Source: a bacterium (GTDB taxonomy: Bacteria > Desulfobacterota > DSWW01). Taken from it: a stretch of DNA of 64,000 bases. The DNA lies in assembly GCA_040756235.1 (NCBI GenBank), contig JBFLZG010000154.1:1-64000 (forward strand). The letters are read 5' to 3'. Below the pieces are notes generated by a model. It did not search any database. It was not told the DNA's origin and worked only from the letters and a program-made list of their open reading frames with translations. Both the position numbers and the translations under genes were made by a program. Positions 8,584 through 17,488 of the stretch are shown in pieces (the first letter of the stretch is position 1; every line of letters starts with the position of its first letter).

Positions 8584-10419
8584 GTGGATCACGCGGATGA
8601 GCAGAAACTCACCGAGCTGGCCAGGCTGATCCGGTACTACATCCTGGCAGCCGCCGCTCGTGCGGGGTCCGGGCACCCGACCTCGTCGCTTTCCGCCACC
8701 GACCTGATGACCGGCCTGATGTTCGGAGGGGCGTTCCGTTACGACCTCGACTACCCGGGGAATCCGAACAACGACCGGCTGGTCTTCTCCAAGGGACATG
8801 CCTCCCCCTTGCTGTACGCCTTGTGGACCGTGGCCGGGGCCGTGACCGAACAGGAGCTGATGACCTACCGGGAGCTGGGCAGCCGTCTGGAGGGGCATCC
8901 CACCGTGTCTTTCCCGTACGTCGACGCCGCCACCGGGTCGCTGGGGCAGGGGCTCTCGATCGGCGTCGGGCTCGCCTTGAATGCCAGGCGCCTCGACCAG
9001 TTGCCGTACCGCACCTACGTCCTTCTGGGAGACGGTGAGATGGCCGAGGGGTCTCAGTGGGAAGCGATCGAGATCGCGGCCCACTATGGCCTGAGCAACC
9101 TGACGGGCGTGCTCGACGTCAACCGCCTGGGACAGTCCGGCCCCACGATGTACGGTCACGATCTCGAGGCGTATCAAAGGCGCGTCTCGGCGTTCGGGTG
9201 GGAGACTCTGTGCATCGACGGCCACTCGTTTGCGGAGATCCTCAGGTCCTACGAAACCGCGCGCAACGCCTCGAAGCCGACGATGATCATCGCGCGGACG
9301 ATCAAGGGCAAGGGGGTCCCTTTCGTGGAGGACAAGAACGGCTGGCACGGGAAGGCGCTCGAGAAGGAGGATTTCGAGCGGGCCGTCCAGGCCCTCGGCC
9401 CGATCGACCGCTCGATGCGCGGGAAGATCGCGAGGCCCGCGGAGCTCGAACCCGAGCGGCCCGCTCTCGGCGAAGCGGGCGAGATCGCCTATTCCCGCGA
9501 ACAGCCGGTGGCGACGCGCGCCGCCTACGGCAAGGCGCTCGAGAGAATCTATCCGCGCTTCCCCGACATCGTCAGCCTGGACGGCGAGGTCGGCAACTCG
9601 ACCTACTCCGAGGTATTCCGGGATGCGCACCCCGAGCGCTTCTTCGAGATGTACATCGCCGAGCAGAACATGGCAGGAGCGGCCCTGGGGCTCGCCGCCC
9701 GCGGCAAGATTCCGTTCGTTTCCACCTTCGCCGCCTTCCTCAGCCGGGCCTTCGATCAGATCCGCATGAGCCAGTATTCCGACGCCAACATCAAGTTCGT
9801 GGGCTCCCACGCCGGGGTGTCGATCGGACAGGACGGGCCGTCGCAGATGGGGCTCGAGGACCTGGCCATGTTCCGCACGCTTGCGGGCGGGGTCGTGCTC
9901 TATCCCTGCGATGCGGTCTCGACCGACAAGCTGGTCGAGGAGAGCGCGCGCCACCGCGGGCTCACCTATCTGCGAACGACCCGGATGAAGACGCCGGTCA
10001 TCTACGGTCCGGAGGAGCCCTTTCCGATCGGCGGGTCCAAGGTCCTGAGAAAGAGCGCAGAGGATCTCGTGACCGTGGTGGCTGCGGGCGTGACCCTGCA
10101 CGAGGCGCTCGCAGCGTACGATGAGCTCGTGCAGGAAGGGATTCGCATCCGCGTCATCGACCTTTACAGCATCAAGCCGATCGACCGGGCGTCCCTGCGG
10201 CAGGCGGCGCGCGAGACCAGGGCCATCATCACCGTCGAAGACCATTATGCCGAGGGTGGTCTGGGCGAGGCGGTGGCGAGCGCCCTGGCGACCGTGCCCG
10301 TAGCCGTTCACATGCTGGCGGTCCGCAGGAAGCCGAAGAGCGGCCAGCCGCAGGAGCTTCTGGATTACGAGGGGATCTCCAGGGAGGCCATCGTGCGGAA
10401 GGTCAAGGAGCTGAAGTGA
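8584..10419 (+). CDS. tkt: Transketolase
   Basis: GSGHP, SKGHA, GSLGQG, GDGE TPP motif, IAEQ, DGPSQ. Confidence 0.95.
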   Translation: MDHADEQKLTELARLIRYYILAAAARAGSGHPTSSLSATDLMTGLMFGGAFRYDLDYPGNPNNDRLVFSKGHASPLLYALWTVAGAVTEQELMTYRELGSRLEGHPTVSFPYVDAATGSLGQGLSIGVGLALNARRLDQLPYRTYVLLGDGEMAEGSQWEAIEIAAHYGLSNLTGVLDVNRLGQSGPTMYGHDLEAYQRRVSAFGWETLCIDGHSFAEILRSYETARNASKPTMIIARTIKGKGVPFVEDKNGWHGKALEKEDFERAVQALGPIDRSMRGKIARPAELEPERPALGEAGEIAYSREQPVATRAAYGKALERIYPRFPDIVSLDGEVGNSTYSEVFRDAHPERFFEMYIAEQNMAGAALGLAARGKIPFVSTFAAFLSRAFDQIRMSQYSDANIKFVGSHAGVSIGQDGPSQMGLEDLAMFRTLAGGVVLYPCDAVSTDKLVEESARHRGLTYLRTTRMKTPVIYGPEEPFPIGGSKVLRKSAEDLVTVVAAGVTLHEALAAYDELVQEGIRIRVIDLYSIKPIDRASLRQAARETRAIITVEDHYAEGGLGEAVASALATVPVAVHMLAVRRKPKSGQPQELLDYEGISREAIVRKVKELK

Positions 10420-10952
10420 AGCCGGCGGGAGAGGACGGCAGCAGGCGCTGCGCGGCGCCCGCGAGCGCCTCGGGGCCGGCCCCCGGGTCCGGGATGCGCG
10501 TGGGGATCGCCGCGGACCACGGCGGCTTCGCCCTGAAGAAGCTCCTGGTGGGCCGTCTCGAGCAGTCGGGGCACACGGTGACCGACTTCGGCGCCCACAC
10601 CGAGGAGCCCGACGACGACTATCCGGACTTCGTGGTGCCCCTCGCCCGGGCCGTGGCGCGCGGCGAGGTCGACCGGGGGCTCGCCGTGTGCGGCAGCGGG
10701 GTGGGCGCGTGCGTGGCGGCGAACAAGGTGGCGGGGGTGCGAGCCTCTCTGGTGACCGACGTCTTTTCGGCCCACCAGGGAGTGGAAGATGACGACATGA
10801 ACGTGATCTGCCTGGGCGGACGCGTGGTCGGCCACGCCCTGGCCTGGGACTTGACTCAAGCCTTTCTCAGCGCCCGGTTCGCCGGGCGCGCACGGTTCGT
10901 TCGAAGACTCGCGAAGATCGCGGAGTTGGAGATCGACAGGAGCGCGCGATGA
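10416..10952 (+). CDS. rpiB: Ribose-5-phosphate isomerase B
   Basis: ADHGG, DYPD, CGSGVG, ANKV; alternative start ATG 10494. Confidence 0.92.
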   Translation: MKPAGEDGSRRCAAPASASGPAPGSGMRVGIAADHGGFALKKLLVGRLEQSGHTVTDFGAHTEEPDDDYPDFVVPLARAVARGEVDRGLAVCGSGVGACVAANKVAGVRASLVTDVFSAHQGVEDDDMNVICLGGRVVGHALAWDLTQAFLSARFAGRARFVRRLAKIAELEIDRSAR

Positions 10953-13777
10953 AGCCCAACCCACTGCTCAGGCTCGCCCAGCTCGGTCAAAGCATCTGGC
11001 TGGACTTCCTGCGGCGCAAGTTCATCGAGTCGGGCGACTTGAAGAAGCTCATCGAAGAAGACGGATTGCGGGGGGTGACGTCCAATCCGACCATCTTCGA
11101 GAAGTCCATCGGCGGGAGCTCGGATTATGACGAAGACATCCGTCTGCTGGCCCGGCAGGGCCGAGGAGCCGGGGAGATCTACGAGCACCTGGCCGTGGCG
11201 GACATACGGGCTGCGACCGATCTGTTCAGGCCGCTCCATGACAAGCTCGAAGGCCGGGACGGGTTCGTCAGCCTGGAGGTCTCTCCGCTGCTGGCACGGG
11301 ACACGCGCGCCACGATCGAGGAGGCGCGCAGGCTCTGGGCCGCCATCGGCCGGCCGAACGCCTTCATCAAGATTCCAGGCACCCGCGAAGGACTGCCCGC
11401 CGTCCGCGCATGCATCCGCCAGGGCATCAACATCAACGTGACCCTGTTGTTCGGGCTCCCGCGCTACCGTGAAGTGGCCGAAGCCTATCTTGCCGGTCTG
11501 GAAGAGCGCGCCCGGGACGGGCAGCCGCTCGATCACGTGTCCTCCGTAGCGAGCTTCTTTCTCAGCCGCATCGACAACCTCGTCGACCCGGTGCTGGAGA
11601 AGAAGGTGCAGGAGGGCGGCGGCAAGGCCGAGCTCGCGGCGGGCCTGCGCGGCGAGGTCGCCGTCGCCAGCGCCCGGCTGGCGTTTCAGATCTACAAGGA
11701 GATCTTCGGCGGCGATCGCTTCCGCGCGCTGGCCGCAAAAGGGGCGCGCCCCCAGAGGGTTCTCTGGGCCAGCACGAGCACGAAGAATCCTTCCTACAGC
11801 GACGTGAAATACGTGGAAGCCCTGATCGGCCCGGACACGGTGAACACGGTCCCGCTGGAGACCCTCAACGCCTACCGGGACCACGGCGACCCGGCGCCGC
11901 GCCTCGAGCAGGACGTGGAGAAGGCGGAAAGCGTGCTGCGGCGCCTTCCCGAGGTCGGAATCGACATCGACCAGGTGACCCGAACGCTCGAAGACGACGG
12001 GGTGGAGAAGTTCAGGCAGCCGTTCGAACGCCTGATGACCCTGCTCGAGGCCAAGCGCGCGGCCGCGCTTGCCGGGCCGGCGCAGCGGCAGGATCTGCAT
12101 TTCGGAGACTACCGCGGGGCGATCGAGGAGCGCCTCCGGCAGCTCGAGGCGCAGCAGTTCGTCTCCCGGCTGTGGCGCAAGGACCCGAGCCTGTGGAAGA
12201 GCGACCCCGCCGAGCAGCAATCCATCCGCAGAGGTCTGGGATGGCTCCACCTCCCGGAAAAGATGATGGATTGCCTGCCCGACTTGCGCGCGTTCACAGC
12301 CGAGGTGAAGAGCGCCGGATTCCGGCACGTGGTCCACATGGGGATGGGGGGCAGCAGCCTGACCCCGATCCTGTTCGAACGCGCCTTCGGGCCCCGGAAA
12401 GAGGGCTTGCCGCTTACGGTCCTGGACACGACCGATGCGGCAACGATCCGGGAGATCGAACGGAACGTACCTCCGGATGCCGCGCTGTTCATCGTTGCCA
12501 GCAAGTCGGGAACGACCACCGAGCCGCTGGCTTTCGGCGAATACTTCTATGCGCGCCTGCGGCAGGCAAAGGGTGAGGCGGCAGGCGATCACTTCGTGGC
12601 TGTCACCGATCCGGGGACGCCCCTGGAGAAGCTCGCCCGGGAGCGGCGCTACCGGAGGGCGTTCCTGAGCTTCCCGGACGTCGGCGGGCGCTACTCGGCC
12701 TTTTCGTACTTCGGGCTGGTGCCGGCGGCCCTGATGGGCCTCGACCTCGCGGAGTTGCTGGAGCGGGCCTTGCGCATGCTGCACGCCTGCGGCCATTGCG
12801 TGCCCGCGGGGGAAAACCCCGGGGTCATCCTCGGGGCGGCCATGGCCGAGCTGGCCAGGGCGGGCCGCGACAAGGTGACCTTCCTGCTTCCGGACGCGAT
12901 CGTTCCTCTGGGCCTTTGGCTCGAGCAGCTTCTGGCAGAGAGCACCGGCAAGGAGGGCAAGGGGCTCGTGCCGGTCGCCGGCGAGCCGCCGGCGGAGCCG
13001 GCGGTTTACGGTGGAGACCGCTTCTTCGTTTACTTGAGGTTGGAAGAAGGGGACAACGGATGGCTGGACGAAAGGGCGGAGGACCTGCGCCGGGCGGGGC
13101 ATCCGCTTGCGGTGCTCCGTCTGGAAGACCGATTCGATCTGGCGCAGGAGCTCTTTCGTTGGCAGGTGGCGACGGCAACGGCCGGAAGCGTGCTGGGGGT
13201 CGACGCCTTCGATCAGCCGAACGTTCAGGAGAGCAAGGAGAACGCCAGGCGGCTCCTGGACGAGGTGCGCAAGAGCGGCCGCCTGCCCGAGGAGAAGCCG
13301 ACCCACGCGGAGCAGGGCCTCACCCTGTACGGGGGCGAGGGGGGACCGAACCTGAAGGAGGCCCTGAAGGGCTTCCTCGGCCGCAGGCGCCCGGGAGACT
13401 ACGTCGCGCTTCTCGCGTATGTGACGGAGAACGACGAAGTCGAACGAGCCCTGCAAGCCACGAGGCGGAGGCTGCGCGACACGCTGCACGTGGCCACGAC
13501 TTTCGGTTACGGTCCGCGCTACCTGCACTCCACCGGCCAGCTTCACAAGGGCGGGCCGGACAAGGGCCTGTTCCTCGAGCTGACGGCCGCGGCAGATGCG
13601 GATATCGGAATCCCCGGGCAGCGGATCGGGTTCGACCTTCTGAAGCAGGCGCAGGCCATTGGGGACTTCGAGGCCCTGCGCAGGCACGGCCGCCGCGTCC
13701 TGCGCATCCACCTCGGGCCGGACATCCGCCGAGGCCTGGCGGCGCTCGACAAGGCGGTGGCGGAGGCGCTCGGATAA
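10949..13777 (+). CDS. Bifunctional transaldolase / glucose-6-phosphate isomerase
   Basis: N-terminal GVTSNPTIF, IKIPGT, NVTLLF (transaldolase); C-terminal GMGGS, SKSGTT, GGRYS, DQPNVQESK (PGI). Confidence 0.93.
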   Translation: MKPNPLLRLAQLGQSIWLDFLRRKFIESGDLKKLIEEDGLRGVTSNPTIFEKSIGGSSDYDEDIRLLARQGRGAGEIYEHLAVADIRAATDLFRPLHDKLEGRDGFVSLEVSPLLARDTRATIEEARRLWAAIGRPNAFIKIPGTREGLPAVRACIRQGININVTLLFGLPRYREVAEAYLAGLEERARDGQPLDHVSSVASFFLSRIDNLVDPVLEKKVQEGGGKAELAAGLRGEVAVASARLAFQIYKEIFGGDRFRALAAKGARPQRVLWASTSTKNPSYSDVKYVEALIGPDTVNTVPLETLNAYRDHGDPAPRLEQDVEKAESVLRRLPEVGIDIDQVTRTLEDDGVEKFRQPFERLMTLLEAKRAAALAGPAQRQDLHFGDYRGAIEERLRQLEAQQFVSRLWRKDPSLWKSDPAEQQSIRRGLGWLHLPEKMMDCLPDLRAFTAEVKSAGFRHVVHMGMGGSSLTPILFERAFGPRKEGLPLTVLDTTDAATIREIERNVPPDAALFIVASKSGTTTEPLAFGEYFYARLRQAKGEAAGDHFVAVTDPGTPLEKLARERRYRRAFLSFPDVGGRYSAFSYFGLVPAALMGLDLAELLERALRMLHACGHCVPAGENPGVILGAAMAELARAGRDKVTFLLPDAIVPLGLWLEQLLAESTGKEGKGLVPVAGEPPAEPAVYGGDRFFVYLRLEEGDNGWLDERAEDLRRAGHPLAVLRLEDRFDLAQELFRWQVATATAGSVLGVDAFDQPNVQESKENARRLLDEVRKSGRLPEEKPTHAEQGLTLYGGEGGPNLKEALKGFLGRRRPGDYVALLAYVTENDEVERALQATRRRLRDTLHVATTFGYGPRYLHSTGQLHKGGPDKGLFLELTAAADADIGIPGQRIGFDLLKQAQAIGDFEALRRHGRRVLRIHLGPDIRRGLAALDKAVAEALG

Positions 13778-13807
13778 GAAGGCGAAACTCTCGACCTGGA
13801 GGCACCG

Positions 13808-15214
13808 ATGGCTCCGAGCTGCGAGATCGGCGTGATCGGCCTCGGCGTGATGGGGCGCAACCTTCTTCTGAACATGGCGGACCACGGGCATGTCGTAGCC
13901 GGGTTCGACCGGAATCCGGACCAGGTGAAGTTCCTGGGCCGGGAGTCCGGCGGCAATGAGGCGGTGAAGGGTGCCACAGATGTGCGATCGTTTGCGGCCC
14001 TGCTCAAGAGGCCGCGCAAGGTGCTGCTCCTCGTGCCCGCCGGCGATGCGGTCGATTCCGTCATCCGGGAGATCCTGCTCCATGTGGCTGAAGGCGACCT
14101 CCTGATCGATGCGGGCAACTCCCACTTTCGCGACACCGAGCGGCGCGCAAGAGAGCTGGCGCCGAGCGGCATCCGCTACCTGGGGGTGGGCGTCTCCGGC
14201 GGAGAGGAGGGTGCGCGGCACGGGGCCAGCATCATGCCGGGCGGCCCTCGCGACGCCTACGAATCGGTCAAGGGAGTCCTGGAGGACGCGGCCGCCAGGG
14301 CGGACGGGGAAGTGTGTATCGCCTACCTCGGGCCGGGCTCCGCCGGGCACTACGTCAAGATGGTCCACAACGGCATCGAGTACGGCCTGATGCAGTTGAT
14401 CGCCGAAACGTACGATCTCATGAAGCGCGGCCTCGGTCTGGCCAGCGGCGAGCTTGCGCCGGTCTATGACCGCTGGAACAGGGGCGAGATCAGCGCCTTC
14501 CTGGTGGAGAGCGCGGCCCGCGTGCTCGGCCGGCTGGACGAGCGGACGGGGAGGCCGCTGGTCGATCTGATCCTCGATACGGCGGAACAGAAGGGGACCG
14601 GCACGTGGACCAGTCAGGATGCGATGGACCTGCACGTCCCGGTGCCGACCATCGACGCTGCCGTGGCCATGCGCAACCTCTCGGGTCTCAAGGCCCTGCG
14701 CGTCGAAGCGGAGCGGGCCTTGGCAGCCCCGCAGCGGACCTTCCGTGGAGACCGGGAGCGGTTCGTGGAGCGGATCGGCGGCGCTCTGCTGGGCGCCATG
14801 ATCCTCACCTACGCCCAGGGCATGGCGCAGCTCGGCAAGGCCTCGCAGGTTTACGGCTACGGCCTTTCGCTGGCGGATGTGGCGCGCATCTGGCAGGGAG
14901 GCTGCATCATACGGTCGGCCCTGCTCAAAGGGATCCGCAAGGCCTACGAGAGGAAGGCGGACCTGCCGAGCCTGCTCCTCGACCCCGGCTTGGGCCGGGA
15001 GCTGGAGTCACGGCAGGAAGAGTTGCGGGCGGTGGTCCAGACGGCCGCCGGCATGTCGATTCCGGTGCCTGCGATGATGGCGTCCCTGGCCTATCTGGAC
15101 GGGCTGCGCAGCGGCCGTCTGCCCGCGAATCTCGTTCAGGCCCAGCGGGACCAATTCGGCGCGCACACCTACGAGCGCGTCGACCAAGCAGGAAAGTTCC
15201 ATACCCGGTGGTGA
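13808..15214 (+). CDS. gnd: NADP-dependent 6-phosphogluconate dehydrogenase
   Basis: GLGVMG, GVSGGEEGA, KMVHNGIEY, QKGTG, QAQRDQFGAHTY. Confidence 0.95.
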   Translation: MAPSCEIGVIGLGVMGRNLLLNMADHGHVVAGFDRNPDQVKFLGRESGGNEAVKGATDVRSFAALLKRPRKVLLLVPAGDAVDSVIREILLHVAEGDLLIDAGNSHFRDTERRARELAPSGIRYLGVGVSGGEEGARHGASIMPGGPRDAYESVKGVLEDAAARADGEVCIAYLGPGSAGHYVKMVHNGIEYGLMQLIAETYDLMKRGLGLASGELAPVYDRWNRGEISAFLVESAARVLGRLDERTGRPLVDLILDTAEQKGTGTWTSQDAMDLHVPVPTIDAAVAMRNLSGLKALRVEAERALAAPQRTFRGDRERFVERIGGALLGAMILTYAQGMAQLGKASQVYGYGLSLADVARIWQGGCIIRSALLKGIRKAYERKADLPSLLLDPGLGRELESRQEELRAVVQTAAGMSIPVPAMMASLAYLDGLRSGRLPANLVQAQRDQFGAHTYERVDQAGKFHTRW

Positions 15215-15240
15215 TCCTCCCGAAGGCTGCGGGCCATGCC

Positions 15241-15996
15241 ATGATACGGATCTATCCCGACGTGGAAACGCTGAGTCAGGAGGCGGCGCGCTTGTTCGCC
15301 GAGCAGGCGCGCCTGGCCGTAGAGGAGCGCGGCCGCTTCGGCGCCGTTCTTGCGGGCGGCGGGACGCCGCGCCGCACCTACGAGATGCTGGCCAGACCGC
15401 CGTTCCGGGATGGGGTGCCCTGGGAGCAGGTGCACCTCTTCTGGTCCGATGAACGGTGCGTTCCCTCCGACGACTCCAGGAGCAACGAGCGCATGGTGCG
15501 GGAGGCCCTTCTGGATCACGTGGCCATGCTGCGCGATCACGTTCATCCGATGCGCTGCGATACGGGCGACCCGCGCGAGGCGGCGCAGCGCTATGAGGCA
15601 GAGATGCGCACCTTTTTCGAGCGCGGGCCGCCCCGGTTCGACCTCGTCTTGCTCGGTCTCGGCGAAGACGGACACACGGCCTCCCTGCTTCCCGGGCAGC
15701 CGGCGCTGGAGGAGCAGGTCCGCTGGGCGGCCGAAGCGTACGACGAGAAGGGCGGGATTTGCCGGATCACGCTGACGCCGCCCGTCATCAACCGGGCCCT
15801 CCTGATCTGCTTCCTGGTGGCTGGCGCGCGCAAGGCGGAGGTTCTGTTCGAAGCGGTCAGCGTTCCGGCGTCGGCGAACCTCATGCCTGCTCATCGGATC
15901 CGGCCCGCAGACGGCAGCCTGCTCTGGCTGGCGGATCGGGCGGCCGCGGCCCGGCTGGAGAGATCTCTCTCCGATCCGGGCACCTGGCTGGCGTGA
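15241..15996 (+). CDS. pgl: 6-phosphogluconolactonase
   Basis: Start ATG 15241; LAGGGTP, DERCV, LGLGEDGHTASL. Confidence 0.92.
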   Translation: MIRIYPDVETLSQEAARLFAEQARLAVEERGRFGAVLAGGGTPRRTYEMLARPPFRDGVPWEQVHLFWSDERCVPSDDSRSNERMVREALLDHVAMLRDHVHPMRCDTGDPREAAQRYEAEMRTFFERGPPRFDLVLLGLGEDGHTASLLPGQPALEEQVRWAAEAYDEKGGICRITLTPPVINRALLICFLVAGARKAEVLFEAVSVPASANLMPAHRIRPADGSLLWLADRAAAARLERSLSDPGTWLA

Positions 15997-16071
15997 AGAG
16001 ACCCCGAGAACACGGTCCTTCCGTGGTGCCGCCGCCGGTGGTGCCATGCCGGGCCGGGCTTCACGAAGGCG

Positions 16072-17148
16072 TCATCTTTCGTCCGAGACGTCGCCTCCGG
16101 GCGGACGCGGAGGGCTGTCCTGCTTGAGATGCACGGTTCGGACCGGGAAGGGGATCTCGATCCCCTCTTCCCTGTAGCGGCGGTGGAGCCGCTTCAGGAA
16201 CTCGTGCTTGATCAGGTACTGGTCGACGAACTCCCGGCCCCGCAGGATGACCGAGAAGTTCACGCTGAACTCGCCGAAGGTATGGTACCGGATGAAGGGG
16301 GAAAACGCGGGAATGCCGCCGGCCACCTCGCGCATGACTGCACGGGCCACCTCGATCGTCACCCTCTCCACCTCTTCGAGGTCGCTGCCGTAGCTGACGC
16401 CCACCTGGACGAGGACCGCCAGCTCCTTGTCGGGAAGATGATAATTGGTGACGATCGCGGACGCCAGCTTGGCGTTCGGCACGATAACCCTGTTGTTGGG
16501 CAGCGACTGGATCGTGGTGTAACGCCAGGACATGTCGGTGACGTACCCTTCGTCCCCGGACTCGAGCTTCACATAGTCCCCGGGCCGGACCTGCTCCGAG
16601 GCGATCACCTGGATGCCCGCGAAGAGATTCGAAAGGGTGTCCTGGAGACCCAGGGCCACGGCCAGCCCGCCGATGCCGAGGGCCGTGAAGAGCGGCGTGA
16701 TCGGGACCCCGATCGACTGGAGCGCGGTCAGGATCCCGATGGCCAGGACGACGATTCTCGTGAGGTTGACGAAAATGGAGGCGGACAGGAAGACGACGCC
16801 GGCCCTCTGGCTCGAGAGTTTCACGAGCCCGGTGGCGATGCGCGCCGCCACCACGGTGAGCGACAGGATGATGAGGACCGACAGCGTCTTCTCGATCAGG
16901 AGGGAGGGTTCGTCTCCCAGGTCCGCGCGGGCGGAAGCGCCGTAGAGCCCGGCGAGCAGGAACCAGAAGAACGGCATGCCGCGGAAGGCGGCTGCCGTCA
17001 CACGAGCGCTTTCCCATTTCGCCGTGGCGGCGATCTTCCTGATCTTCCTGAATACGACCGTCTCGGCGAAGATCCCCAGGGCCGCCCCGGCCGCGATGAA
17101 GGCAAGCGGCGGCAACCAGCCTGGAACAGCGGAGAGATCGACGTCCAT
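16072..17148 (-). CDS. Mechanosensitive channel, MscS family
   Basis: GIGGLAVALGLQDTLSN, VPNAKL, GIEIPFP. Confidence 0.92.
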   Translation of the reverse strand: MDVDLSAVPGWLPPLAFIAAGAALGIFAETVVFRKIRKIAATAKWESARVTAAAFRGMPFFWFLLAGLYGASARADLGDEPSLLIEKTLSVLIILSLTVVAARIATGLVKLSSQRAGVVFLSASIFVNLTRIVVLAIGILTALQSIGVPITPLFTALGIGGLAVALGLQDTLSNLFAGIQVIASEQVRPGDYVKLESGDEGYVTDMSWRYTTIQSLPNNRVIVPNAKLASAIVTNYHLPDKELAVLVQVGVSYGSDLEEVERVTIEVARAVMREVAGGIPAFSPFIRYHTFGEFSVNFSVILRGREFVDQYLIKHEFLKRLHRRYREEGIEIPFPVRTVHLKQDSPPRPPGGDVSDER

Positions 17149-17261
17149 CAGGTCCTCACGGTCTCACGGCAGCGTACCGTTCTCCCGGACCATCCGGGCC
17201 CGCCGGTGCGCGGCGTCGGGAATCAGGGGCCTCGGGTCGGCAGCAGGCCGCCGCCGGCAGG

Positions 17262-17340
17262 TCGACGCCTCCTGCATATACCTCATCCGGCGTGAGCCGG
17301 GCAAGAGCTTGATCAGGACGCTGATGATTGTAGACTGAAA
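17262..17340 (-). pseudogene. Remnant of IS3-family transposase C-terminus
   Basis: Translates YNHQRPDQALARLTPDEVY, matching the YNxxRPHxxLxxxTPxE tail of rve integrases. Confidence 0.55.
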
Positions 17341-17488
17341 ACATCCACCGATGTCCTGCAGGGCGGGCGGCGGTCTCGTTACGCCTTCGGCTCGTTCTCG
17401 ATGCGGTTTCTCGAGCACCTGACGGACCGATCGAGCCGTATGCATCTCGGACGCACAGGGACAGACCCCCACCAAGGGAGAAGTCGAA

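Noticed and set aside
10856..14635. 1259-aa antisense ORF
   Set aside because: Shadow of tal-pgi/gnd; typical of high-GC codon bias, no motifs.
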